From positions 775,658 to 826,382 of the forward strand of contig WELB01000020.1 of NCBI GenBank assembly GCA_009602725.1: a DNA stretch of 50,725 nt, in the 5' to 3' direction. The translations under genes were made by a program, and so were the position numbers. Below the pieces are notes generated by a model that did no database searches, had not been told where the DNA came from, and worked only from the letters and a program-made list of their open reading frames with translations. Numbering within the stretch: the stretch's first letter is position 1; every line of letters starts with the position of its first letter. This document shows, piece by piece, positions 37,501-49,899 of the stretch. This DNA is from Spirogloea muscicola (Eukaryota).

Positions 37501-38862
37501 CACCCCCACCACTCTGCACAAATTAGCGCAAGCAAGGACTGAATGGCATGACATTCCACTGTCCAACATTGAGCACACGAATGACTCTGCCAGACTCACG
37601 TGCTCGACAGCAACGACAGATACCTAACAGAGGCTCGCTCACCTGAACTTGCGGCAAAATACGCTCAGCCACAATAAGCCCGACAAGGAATGAGTCCTTG
37701 GCCATCGGCAGCACCAGGGTCCGGCACTCGGGGAGCTCGACAGCCTTCACATCCAACCAGCCAGCTGGCAAATTTAATGTCAAGTTGACGAGATGCAATT
37801 ACAACTGCTGTGCAATGGGAGCAACCAAGCAAGATCCCTGCAAGCTGAAGGATACATGCTGAGGGTTTGCAGCAATACCTCGTGCCCAACCAGTGCAGTC
37901 TCAACCAGCCGCGAGGAGACGGCGCCGTCTATGTCCCCGGCCAGCACCAGCACCTTCTCCTGCGCCCAGTCGGGCCTGGGCTTGGGGTGCGAGGCGACGC
38001 GCTGCAGCTCCAGGTGCCCCAGTGTGTAGCTTTCTGGCATCCGGACATAGACCTGCACCTCACCGCACCCGTTAAGGCCGCGTGACCAGAGACATGTTGG
38101 GCAGCCATTCATCTTGCAGCGATATACATGGCCATGGAAGGGACTCAGCACTCCACCAGGGCTAAGACTAGCCTAGGCTCACAGTCATCGCGGCGTCCAA
38201 GATAGGTCTTGGTTAGATAGTATGTCACAGTGAGCTTAGAGAGACTGCAAGCGCAGGTAAAGCTGGCGTACCGTCCAGTGGACGTTGACGCCCACGAGGC
38301 TGGAGGCCAAGGCCAGCTGTGCGTGGCAGAGCGCAACAAAGTCCTCGCTGGGCACGGAGAAGGTGTCGTCTCGGCCTGGCGCCGGGCCAGGGGCGCGCCA
38401 GAGGACCTTTAGGGGGGTGGCGGAGGCGACGCTGACAGCCGCGGCGATGGCGTGCGCCGTCAGCGGGAGGCCACCGTCGCCGCCATCCGCCGGGCCTGCA
38501 GCCGAGCTCGCCGTGCAGTGCAGGGCATGGCGGCTGGCGTCGCCGGACGTCACAGCAGCCAGTGTCGTCCTCCTCCTCCGCTGCTGCTGCTGCTGCTGCC
38601 GCTTGTCCGAGCCAGCTCGGGCGTCAACGGCCCGTGCCGTCTCCGGAGCTCCCGCTCGCGTCTCAGCGGCGACGGCTAGTGGCGGAGTCGCCACCGAGCA
38701 GGCGTGCAGCTCCTGCAGGCACACCCGCTGACGCCAGCGGTCGCGACAGAACGTGCCTGCTGTGGATCCCAACGTCGAGAGGCCTTCAGGCATGCGCCCT
38801 GACGAGCTCGTCACCGCTGCCGCCGCCGTGGCTGGCGCGGCCTGCGAGGCCACGGCAGCCAT
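34586..38862 (-). CDS. CSK: Chloroplast sensor kinase (modified two-component histidine kinase, Hik2 homologue)
   Basis: Transit-peptide-like N-terminus, then PSEDFVALCHAQLAL | VYVRMPESYTLGHLELQRVASHP, LVLPMAKDSFLVGLIVAE, FTAEEQRRAADVARTLAMACVIDQ | RALLLQANSWQRNV..LLEQ | VRSPLTSLRTLGKML, DILVQGDRM, RQALSNVID, GGGVLVVVEDNGPGM and GLSIAR..LGGVMRVQSP..GGTRVEIWLP. About 11 GT-AG exons. Confidence 0.9.
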
Positions 38863-39287
38863 CTCTGCGGTGCAGCGCAGCCCGTCGCCGCCCGAGCGGG
38901 CGAGCCCCGCCACCGATCCGAGCGGCCCACCGACCGCCGCACAGAGCGAGGGCGAGGGCGCCGCCGGATCACGTCCTGGCAATCATGGCAGCGGCAACGG
39001 CGGCGGCGGCGCGGCGGNNNNNNNNNNNNNNGCGACCACCGCCGCGAAGCGCGCCGGGGAGAGCGGCGGGGGGAGCGGCGGCGGCGCCGGGTGGCGGACG
39101 CCTGACGTGGCGGGCGCGGGCCGCCAGCGCGGAGATCCCGAGGTGCCGTGCTGCTGGGCACCTCGCAGTGGGCCAGGAACGGGGATTGCCGGTAAGCTGT
39201 GCACAAGTTACCGGCGAGAGGCCCGCGGCCCGGGGGACGAGCGGCAAGCACCGACAGGAAGGAGTGAGCTCTTTCTTCTGGCACCAC

Positions 39288-41060
39288 GGCTTGTTTTTCT
39301 TAGCGCTTCCCCTGGCCCCCTTCTCGTACTCTCTGTTCGTTCTTTTTTGGGCTGGCTTTTCCAGCCCCTATCCTCAGTGGGCGAGCACTTTCTCTTTTTC
39401 CGCTTAGGAGAGAAAGTGCTCGCCCACTGAGGATAGGGGCTGGAAAAGCCAGCCCAAAAAAGGATGACCAGATTACGAGAAGGGGGCCAGGGGAAGCGCT
39501 AAGAAACAGAGCAGCTACGAATCACTCAGTAACCTCTGCTAAGCAGCCGCAGGTCGGAGATGCTAGGCACTTTCTTTCTTCCTTCTTTCTTCCAGGTCGT
39601 GAGTGTGTCGGGCGTGCGCACCGGCCCACAGCCCTGATGTTATCAGAAGGTATGATGGTGCAAAGCGGCAATCAGCAGGCTCCTCCCTCGATAGAGATTA
39701 TTAAGTGACATCAGCAGGCCCCTTCGTCAATAGAGATCACGAAAAACAAGTGGTTCATCCTCCCGGGCAAGCTTTGAGAAACCGCATTTGGCACCTAGAC
39801 CTGTCAATCCTTTTCGGGCTGGCTGTTCGCAGCCCTTGCCCCCTTCGGGAAAGCCACTTTCTTCCGGAGTGGCTGACAAGCCAGCTAGTGGCCATCCCAC
39901 GCTGGAAGAAGCAGCTCTGCCGAAGAAGAAGAAAGAGATCGTGTATTAGAAAGAAATGTAGGCCAAATGGCCAGGTACATAGGCAAGCACATCTAAAAAT
40001 CTACATAATCTACAGCAGATTGACCCGCTCAATAACCACGGGTCAAAACATAAAGGGGCCAGGGCTGCGGAAAGAAGAAGAAGAAAGTGCTCGCCCATTG
40101 AGAATAGGTGCTGGAACAACCAGCCCGAAAAAGAATGAACAGAGTACGAGAAGGGGGGCCAGGGGAAGCGCTAAGTAACAGAAACAAAGCTGCTACGAGA
40201 CACTCAGTAACCCCTGCTAAGCAGCCGCAGATCAGAGATGCTGGGCTCCTGGAAGTGGGTCCCCTGGCCAGAGCCAGAGGCAGCAGCGAGGGCTCTGCGG
40301 AAAACCAGCCCCCAACAGGATGGAAAAAAGGCTGGAAGAGCACATTGCATGTACGAGGTCCAGGGCAGACCAACACCAAGACCTCAAGCGTACTGGAGCC
40401 GCCCCCTGTAGGGTGCGTCGGGCTTCGTCGCGTACAGTCGCATTGTTGGCTTTCTACTGACCTCACGCTGGCCGAAGGCCTGCTTACAGCCGAACATCTA
40501 AAGACATCCTTCCAAGTGGGGCGACTGCTGTGAAAGGGCAGCACAAGCAGAGTTGACAAGGTCCAAAGGTACCAGTAAGCGCAAACCACACAAGTACTTA
40601 AGTGGCCACTACGAAAGGGTCCTCAACCCCTACTACACTTGGTTATTATGAAGGGTGGTCAACTCCCAGTAAAGAGCGCAAGTTGGAGTAGCTATCAGCT
40701 GGAAAGCATTGCCACGTTGACTCACAGAAGAAGTCGCCAGAGTGCGGCCTGCCTGCAAATGTACCGCAAACGCCTTGGAGCAGTAGCAAGAGGGAGAGAT
40801 GCGGTGTTGAGTACTTGGGCAGGCGAGCCCCAGCAAAGGTAGGCACCACACTGCACTATTTCACAGCAGTTCCTCCTAAATATACTTCTACTTCCCCTCT
40901 GGAATAAGAGTGATCGCATTGAGGTGCAAAAACTGTAAGTGGCGAACCCAACTGTATTCACAAGATCTGAACAAGGACAGTCAGAGAGAAGACGCGCCGC
41001 GCGCATGAACGGGAAAAGAGGCCATGCTGAGCCAATATACCTCTCATGCAAACGGCTAAG
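39288..41060. mobile_element. RLE retroelement fragments upstream of CSK, including a tail-to-tail palindrome
   Basis: B UTR on plus (39288-39395) and minus (39409-39567). A-like end on minus (~39900-40050). B on minus (40082-40300). Degenerate ORF end at 40660-40800. E-like terminus at ~40985-41040. Confidence 0.72.
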
Positions 41061-41774
41061 GGAGTGGATGCATTGGGTAGATGTATTCAAGAATTGGCTA
41101 TCATGTATGCAGTGACTTACCCCCCTTCCCCTTCCCAAAAACCCCAGCAGAAAACTAACGCAGCAGTTCAATGAGTTTGGCAGAGAGTCCCAATGTTACG
41201 ATTCAGTGTACCTAGCAAGTGTCGCACTTGGCTATGCCGAATCTGAAGCCCATGCCTCAGGTCCTGCATCAAGTGGACCCAAAGATTGCTGCTATACGTT
41301 CAATGACAAAAGCTTCTAAGTGCTCAAGCGCTTGACAAGTGCGCCACCTCAACCGCAAGAGCCTGACTGCGACAAGCAGGGCTCCCTGCGCCAGCTGTGT
41401 GCTGAGCTTGCTGATGTTTCAGAGTGCTTATGTTAGTCTATATTGACTTGACTGGATTACTCCACAATCACAATCAGGGCACAGCACGATCCACAGTGGA
41501 GCAAGCGTTTGCTTGTAAGAAGGATAAAAGAATGGATGTTTAAGTCTGATTTATGGTAAGGAGCCGCCTGCCCTGAGGTCAATTGACCACAGCCCCTAAG
41601 GTACGCCACAACAGGGCACCGAGCCACAGGAGGACGAGGACCATGAGCTGCCACTAACAGTGTGGAACACAGACTGATCAACGTCCATGCTTTCAGGCAT
41701 CAGGCAAGTACAGGTGCCACAAACAGAACCGAGCCTGCGGCCAGCCACAACACCACAGGCAAGCGCTGCCATGA

Positions 41775-44700
41775 TCAGATGAAGGAGTTTGTTTGCCCAG
41801 CAGCCCCTCGGTCAGCCTGCTGATGGTCGAGCAACACAGAACCTATTGTTCGTGTTGGTGGCAGCTTGGGGCCGTGAGGCTCCGACAGGATGACCCCTTT
41901 TTCACGCGCCTGGATATCAGCGGCTGCCCTCTCTTTGTCCTCCTTGCAGATGCACTCATGCGGGTTCTGAAAGAAGTTGTCTTCCTGCTTCGGCTGACCA
42001 GCAAGCATAAGTCGCTCCTGTGGGGCACCTATTCGTGTTGCATGGGCCGCCTGTTCACAAGGTAGTGCAGGTGCAAGCAGGCCTGCAATTAGACTACTCA
42101 TCCTTCTTAGCTCTGCGTCAGTAAAGGTGAGGTGACGGACCTGCACAAAGGCCATATTCTCAGACAGTCGAGGTCGGCTAGCATCTCTGTCTGATCCAGT
42201 TTGCAAGCAGAGGAGCACTACTGACCTGCACCTCCCTGCTCAAATCTTCCCAACTGAAGGTGCCATTTTCGTAGGCATTGAATAGCTGGACGAGAGCCTT
42301 TCTGTCGGGTATTATCGTCCTCCTATGTCCCAGGTATCTGCAGGCCACCATCAGAGATAGCAAAAGAAATTCATCAGTATTCTGTGCAACTCCCAGGTGC
42401 AAAGCTTCTTCACAACTCAAACAAACTACTGGCCATTGCAGTGTCAAGTATAACAGCACCAGGCTAATCATCTTCATCGTAAAGACAGAGACTTGGGATG
42501 ACTGTAGCTATGAAGATGTAGACTGAGCATCAAAGCTGAAGCGGAGTCACTTTACCTCCTGTGGCCCTCAACAAGCCTTGCCATGTTGCCGTGGAATGTG
42601 GAGAGAAAGACATCCGAGGCCACAGACACCATGTAATCGAGGGCCGCAAGCTGCGAGGAGTGGTTTCCAAAGGGAGCCAGCTCCTCAGCTGTTGCAAGCA
42701 TCTCCTTTCGCACCTACATGATTAAATGAAACATTAGCGCATCGCCTAGCCTCCCTGTACAGACATGCGTGCATCACCCATTGCAAAGCATAATCCAGAC
42801 AGTGGCTACTCTCTCATTTTGAGGCTAAGCTGACAGTCATGATCTTGACATTGACTGGAAAGTATATGACCCCAGAATACGCCTGAGCTGAGGGAAAAAA
42901 GCACCGTATTGGGGAAGATCTTGAGCAGTTTCGCCATTCGTCTCTTCCCTCCATAGATCTTTCCTGATGCAACATAAATTTGTGTGCCCTTGCCATAGCC
43001 CATTGCTCGCAGCAAGAGAGCAACCTCTTCTGGGGTCAGCGGGCATGCTCCCTCCCTTCTACGCACGGATCCAATGATCCTTTTCTCCTTCCATTGAGCA
43101 GTTCGGTACCTGCAAATAGAAATTTTGTACCAAGGAGACTAATACAAATGAGAGCTATATGTAAGCAGTAACTTCATCAGTAGAAAGACATAGTCATGTT
43201 GAGCTACTGGATGCAGAGAGGGGGATGTCATTAGGCAGGACAACTGCGTCACAAAGGCGAGTAGTCGCTGAACAGTGACTGAAGAGTGACTCAAGAGCCA
43301 CCACCAATACCTGAGCCTAGTCAGCTTTTTTGCCTCTTGAGGTGTACATCCATGAGTGCAGCCTGTGAAGGCCAACATGTCCATCTCATATCGCAAGTGG
43401 AGAGCAATGACTGGCCCCTTCGACTTCAGGCGGTTAATAATACGCTGCCCCAAGACTCTGATTGGCCCTGTGAATTGCAGAGCGTGGTATTGCACTCGGC
43501 ACCGTAAGCGCTGCAAGGGCTTGGGAACGTCTGGGGGATTGTTTGCAAGCCTTGAGTCTGTCCTATTCAGACGTAGTACCTGTCACTCCAACAATGGCTT
43601 GAAGAGCAGTCATATAAGGAACAAGCTTCTCCTTCAAGAAGCACAGCTCTGAATAGGCAAAGGTGATAAGAAATCTCTTCTTCTTGAGTGCTTGCAAGGA
43701 GGCTGTGTGCGAGCGGGTGAAGCACAAACCTTGTGCTTGCGAAGTAGAGGGAAAACAACTTTTGTGTAGTAACCAACATCAGACCAACTGACGGGATCAA
43801 TTGTATAGATCTTGTCTGGTTGTATGAATCTATGCTTGGGGGGCAGTTGTCTGATAACCTTCACTTCCCCTTCCAAGGTGTCAATGAAGTGATTGACATC
43901 AAACACATCCCCAAAGTCACTGCGGACAAGCATTGCTCTGTGTTACTGGTGTAAGTGGCGGCAGTATGCTGTCTCAATCACAGAATCTAGGCCTCTGTTG
44001 AGTACCCCCAATGGCCCTGTCATTGTCCCCTGTTGCACAAAGTGTCGTACAAGGATATAGGTGCCGCTCAACGCAACGACCTTGCAATGAGTAGACAGCC
44101 TCACCTTGAATCAGCCCAGAATGAAGCCTTGTCCAACTCTGGTATCACCATTGTGGCATTCAGGTGTCTGGCAATAGCAACCATGTCACATATCTGCAAG
44201 CAGGAACGGCGGATGAGAATTGAGCAGCCAACATGCTGTATCTGCTGTCAGTAACAAATGCTCTGCACTGTGTTGCCCAGAAGGCTCCCCAACTTTTATT
44301 TCCACATATATGTGTGCAGTCAGAAGCTTCGCGTGACACATCTCTTCTCTTATACGTCACGCGTACATTGCTGAGCTTGAAAGAATCTCTTTGACACATC
44401 ATGCATGAAAGTAACTTCATCCAAGTTCTTTCTGCACAGATGTGCTGCCTTCCACTTAGATAGGAAAATTTGCACGCACAGTATCAACGTCAGAATGAGG
44501 ATGCGAAACTCACAGCTGCCCTCATCTGATTAAGACCACCATTGCATCGCACCAGCAGGTATCCAGATGGCTTAGTTGGACTAGCTGCAAGCGCTCACTT
44601 GTCAAGTCATGGCAGGCATACCATGTATGATAAATGTTTCAAGGAAGATCTTCTCTGATTGCTGATGAATCCAGTCAATGTGTGTTGATTTCAGTCAGGC

Positions 44701-45483
44701 AATCAATAATCTGTAAACAGGTGCCTGCTGAGTATGCTCTGCTGATTGTGTTCATAAGGTACAAATATGAGCTCAGCATCCAGCTCTCAGCTGAGGCCTT
44801 TCTTGAAGGCAAGCACCTTACCAGGCCAATTTGGAGGCTTCAAGGCGCAACGATTGACAGGATCTAGATTCAGTACGATTTCCTCCTCATCCTGTAAGGT
44901 TGAACGCAGAAGTGAAGTACCTCAGTGTCAACAGAAAACAACACCCCCATCTGATCCATTGCAGGCTTGACCTTTTACAGCCAATGCTGGTGCACTAATT
45001 TATAATCTCCTCACCTCATCAGCCTTGAATGTTCCCAATAGCCGTGTTTGATTGATAGTGAGTGTAATGTCTGTCTTGTTTGCAAATAGATCTTGACCAT
45101 CGGCAAGGTCATCGTCATCAACCTGCAGTAAGTGACATACGATCCAAGATTGGTCGGGCAACTACACAGCAGATTGAGATGCCAAAAGTAGATAGAAGGC
45201 CTTCTAGGTCTCAGGTCAATAAACTCACTGTCTCAGATTCGTCACTGTAGAGACGGTTTCTCATGCGCCTTGCATTGATGGACAGCGACAGTATAACAAC
45301 AACAAGGGTTGCACTTAGAAGAAGAGTGCAATAGTTTCGTCTTGGCTTCTTGAAGTCTGTTGCAGGTGAATGACAGGCTTTGCTGATGACACCATTTGAC
45401 AGGCTCTGCACTTGATGGCTAGGAGTCTTGGCTCTTGCTCTGGACTTGCCAGAGCCCGTCAGCGCAGCCGTCCAAAGGGGCAT
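41775..45483 (-). CDS. GT106 / O-fucosyltransferase-family glycosyltransferase, RRT1-like type II membrane protein
   Basis: N-terminal TM segment ([16 protein letters not shown]). Exons encode [17 protein letters not shown] | [29 protein letters not shown] | [101 protein letters not shown] and [13 protein letters not shown]. Confidence 0.92.
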
Positions 45484-46309
45484 TGCTTGCAAACCCTGTG
45501 TCGACACAGTGATGCCGTATTGCTGCCTCTTGTGCACAAGCTTACAGCCAAATCAACGCCAAGACAAGAGGTTCTGGAAGCTCATGCTATCGCTCTTCTT
45601 GTCGCTGTGTGCCTAACAATCAGGTCAGCATGAGCATAACCAGTCCCTGCTCCAACATTTTGATGTCCAACATGTACATTGAAAAAGCCAGCTCCTGAAA
45701 GCTCAGGACCAATTCCTTCTTCCAGCATATCCCACAGCTGGATGAAAGGCGTCGTTGCTTTCCGGGCGCCTTCGTGGGAAGTCGGCGGCCAGAATGGTCT
45801 GCCTTGTCGAGTACAGAGAGCTTGGCACGGCGCAGCCCTTGCCTCCCGCTTTCTGCAGCCGCCGCAACCGCCGCTGCCGCCACCGCCGCCTTCTTATCCT
45901 ACTGCTGCTTCTCCATCAGGTGCCCCCTTGCCCAATCCGCCTGCTGGGTCTCCGGCGACTCGTCCAACCTCAACACCGGGCCACGATCGTCTCCATGCAC
46001 CCTGACCTCCCCGACCGCCACCCTCCTTTTGCCACACTCCCTTCAAGGAACTCGCGCTGCGCGGACCGCAGGTCGGCCCGTCACCGCGCGGGCGGCGGTG
46101 GAGCTTGAACGGGAGACGGGCGGGGTGGGGGGGCGGGGGCCATTTCCTGTCTTGGGTGGGGTTGCGCATTCCGGCAGTTGAGCAGAGATGGCGGGCTCGT
46201 TTTGAATCCCTACTCGCCGGCCGCCGGCCGGTTCAGCGCCGGGTTTGGGAACCACGTCTGACGGCGCGGCGACCGGCCGCCGGTTCGCGGCGAAAGCCTC
46301 ATCGCGAAG

Positions 46310-46960
46310 AAGCTGCTTCTCCAAAGGGGGCGTGGGCTGCGAAAGGACCAGCCCATAAGAAAAATTCCATGTATTAGAAACAAATGCAGGCCGAATGGCC
46401 AAGCACAAAGGCAAGCACATCTAAAGTTCTACAAAACTTACAGCAAATTGACCCGCTCAATAACCACGGATTACAACATAAAGGTCACTAATCGATGCAT
46501 GAATACTAGATGCCAGAAACGGAGCCCTTCTGCCACCAACTAGAGCTCGCCCAGCTTTCTAGTGCAAGGCACTAGCACGCTGCAAACAGGCCGAAACTCG
46601 TCGTCGCAAGAGCGACAGATTTGCAGCTGGCAAGCCCATCTCAGCCGGAAACACACCTGCACGACGAGTGTAGCCTAGATTGGCAATGTTTTGAAGGAGA
46701 GTGTGGAAACGAGGACCCAGACAGCCAAAGATGTCGATTGCCGCTGGCAGGAGCTGATCGCATGGGGGGTAATCGGAGTAGTGCCGCAGTATTCTGTGTT
46801 CTGCACCGCCCACTGCGTGCCCAGCGATGTGTGTCGATGCTGGGCCTTTATATGCCTCCGTAACAACAACGTCGCCCAGGGCTCGTGGTCCTCCACCAGG
46901 TTGCACGCCCACAATGTCAAGTGTGCGGCGATGATGACGTCTCTGGGCATCCGTGGTGAT
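46310..46960 (-). mobile_element. 5'-truncated RLE retroelement (endonuclease core through 3' terminus)
   Basis: RTLDIVGVQPGGGPRALGDVVVTEAY..AGHAVGGAEHRILRHYSDYPPCDQLLPAAIDIFGCLGPRF..RRRVSACLQRA, followed by an A-like UTR with hairpin gggctggtcctttcgcagccc (46353-46334). Confidence 0.8.
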
Positions 46961-46999
46961 AGTAAAGATATTCGCTTCATGCAGCCACAAGGGGAAAGG

Positions 47000-49670
47000 C
47001 GCGCAGTGCGCATGAAATGAAAGCCAAGCCAAGCAAATGAATTTCATGCAAACTTAGTGCAAAAGTGGCTGCATGAAGCGATGTTCTATACTGAAGTGGC
47101 TAATGTAACAGAGGAATGACAAGGTCCAGAAGCCTCTTACGAGCCCCCTTCACCAGACGCGAAGAGGCAGCGGTGAGCAACGCAATCAGGTGCCATAGCT
47201 CCCATTTGCTGTAGTCTCTTCCATAGAGGTGTGGTCTTAGGCGCCTTGCGGCGCTTGCAGGAAAACAAGGAATCCAAGAAAAAGGATGGCCGCTCATAAC
47301 CCCTAGCAAGCAGCCTGAAAGGAAGCGCGGCCAGATTGACTGGTGGCTGGGAAAGGCCAGCCCAAAGGAATGGACAAAGTCTGAAGGAGCCGGAGTACGA
47401 AAGCCTGAGCCAGAAAGCAGTCCCCCTGCCAATAGCCGGAGGCACAGCCAGGGCACGGCCTGCACCCAGACGCAAGGCGTGAGCCAAAGAGCGCTGCAAG
47501 AAAGACGGACCGCTGTATAAGGCCAGCCTGTGAAGAGACAAGAAGGTACGAAGGAGTCAAAAGGAAATAGCACTCACGACAGCAAGTGATCATGACGGAT
47601 TGAAGCATAAACTCTAAATCCTAAACCCTTGGGAAAGCTGCTGCTTGATGGCCGCTAAGTACCCCCTATTCAGCAAGTGCAAATCCAGCAGACCAGCGGC
47701 CTGAGTAGGGCGAGGGACGAGACTCTTCCAACTTCCAACAGTGCTGCGGCTGTGAAGGGCCAGACTAGAAGAAGAAGCAGCTGAGGGGGCCGACAGCTCT
47801 GTAAAGGGGAGCCCAAAGGAGTAGAGGTCAAGTCCAGAAGAGTCGCACAGCGAATAGTATGCAAAATAGCAAGCCATCGATCAATATGGCCGCTCAGTCA
47901 CCCTTACTAAGCCGTAACTCTGGATATAAGGGCAAAACCCAGATTACTGAGCAAAAGGTTGACGCTGAAGCCCCATCGAAATGATCACCAACTCAACAAG
48001 CAAGTGGCTGCTTCAGGATGCTGCTTCAAGGTGCCACTGAGTCAGCCCCAAGTCACCAACTACTGTTAGCCTGACTCACGACAAGGAAGAAGAAGCTCTT
48101 CCATAGGGGGTGATGAGTGTGAAAGGCCAGCCGAGCAGGGATCGCCAAGGACAGGAGGGAAGGAGTCGCTACGCTGATGATCAAAGGCGGCAGCCAATGC
48201 CCGGCCAGCATGTCGATGCAAGAAGAACGCCTGGGCTCTGGCAGAGACACGGAGAGGTGCATTGAGGTACAACTCAGCCAGCTGGCGTGCACCACTGATT
48301 ATTGGGCTGCTCTGCTCACCCTGCTGGCCCTGTCATCGGGCCCACAGCTCGGTGCTCAACCATGCCAAAGGTGTGTTTGAGCCACTGGGCCATACATGCC
48401 CCGTGGACATATTCTGTGAGCTGAATATACCTATCTTCCTAAGAATGGGTCCCCTTCAAACCGTGTCCTCTTCTCTTTAGTCTGGGCCTTTCACAGTCAC
48501 CGCCTCGTTTTCCGTTTTTGGGCAGAAAAAGATTTGACTCAGCAGCTTTGGAAACTGGGGAGCTCGCACTTTTGGCTGCTGGGATAGGGTTGCTGCATCA
48601 GATAGAAGACACTCTTCAAAATGGGGCGATGGCTGTTGAAGGCTAGCCAAAAAGAGTAGATGGACAGATTGGAAGGAGGTTGCCGTTGCGACAGTACATC
48701 GTTGACGCACGGGCCACCGCCAGGACGTGATGGGGAGAAGGTCAACGCACCTGTGTGATGGGAAAGGATTTTTGATGCCACGCCAGGAAAGGCGCATGGA
48801 GGTTATTTAACGACCAGTGGGGGAGGCCGTTAATCATAGGAAGAAGATCTTACAGAAAAGGGAGGGCTGCGGAAAACCAGCCCACGAAAGAATAAACAAG
48901 GTCCAGAGGAGCAGGATAACAAGTGGGGACCAAGAAGGAACTTGCTTCATGTCTCCACCTGTGTCTTTCCGGCAGCAGATTTCTCAATTTGCGGCTACTG
49001 ACTTGGGGTTACTGAGCAGGCATCCTTGGTGTGCTCTACGCTTTCTGGACTTCAAGGGACCTCCTCGTCCATTGATTCGTTCTGGCTTTTCACAGCCCTC
49101 GCTACCTATTGATTAGCTTACTCTATTTGAAACTTGTCCATTCTTTTCGGGCTGGCTTTTCACAGCCCTCGCCTCCTTTGGGTATGCTTCCAGCTCAGAT
49201 GGGCATGCCGGCAGCCTACTTGTCATTCTTGCGACGTCTCGTGTCAGCTTGTCTGCAGCGAGCTCAGGCTCATGCGTTACATCAGAAAGCTGGTCGAGCC
49301 TTAGCTGGTAGCTCAAGAGCTTGTCAATTGCCGTCCGGTATTCGGGCATCAGTTAGCCACCTCTATGTGCTGACTCGTGGTTACTGAGCGGGTCAGCTTA
49401 GCAGCAGGTGACGTACATTTGTCCATGTGCTTGCCTTTGTACTTGGCCACACAGGCCCATCTCTTTATACACTATTTCTTTCTTTCTCAGCAAGGGGCTG
49501 CTTCTCTTCGCTCCCTCCATCTCTTAATGCACACTCCATTCATCTTGCCCCTTCGTAGCTCCTAGGCGTTTTTCGTTTTTTTTTTTCGGCTCGAAGAGGC
49601 CGAATTCAATTCTTTTCGGGCTGGCTTTTTACAGCCCCTGGCCCCATTAGGAGTGCCACTTCTTCCTCAT
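47000..49670. mobile_element. Dense cluster of RLE retroelement 3' fragments of several subfamilies
   Basis: F-type UTR and LQRSLAHALRLGAGRAL (47320-47500), LDLHLLNRGY (~47655-47690), AQAFFLHRHAGRALAAA (~48185-48240), LRLLTWGY* (~48990-49015), and A fragment MGMPAAYLSFL..LYVLTRGY* (49180-49387) with UTR running to hairpin 49618-49637. Confidence 0.72.
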
Positions 49671-49899
49671 TCCTCCCGGAGATCTGCTTCTTCTCACGCT
49701 GTATAGCCAAGCGGAGCCTACCCGTCCAATCAGTAGAGGGCGACGGCTGTGACTGGTCAGCCAAAAATAAGAAGCAAATAGGTAAAATATGGCCAACGAA
49801 AGGGCCACTTTCCAGACTTTCTTCTTTCCTTCTCCGTATCCGGCGCCCCTTTCGTTGGGCCCCCTTCTAAGCGGATCTGAGGAGCATCCGCGACTCAGC

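Noticed and set aside
39349..39395. Helitron 3' end (hairpin plus CTRR)
   Set aside because: No CTRR terminus follows the hairpin, and the linked ORF is an RLE-type nuclease rather than Rep/helicase. Not formally excluded without a full-length copy.
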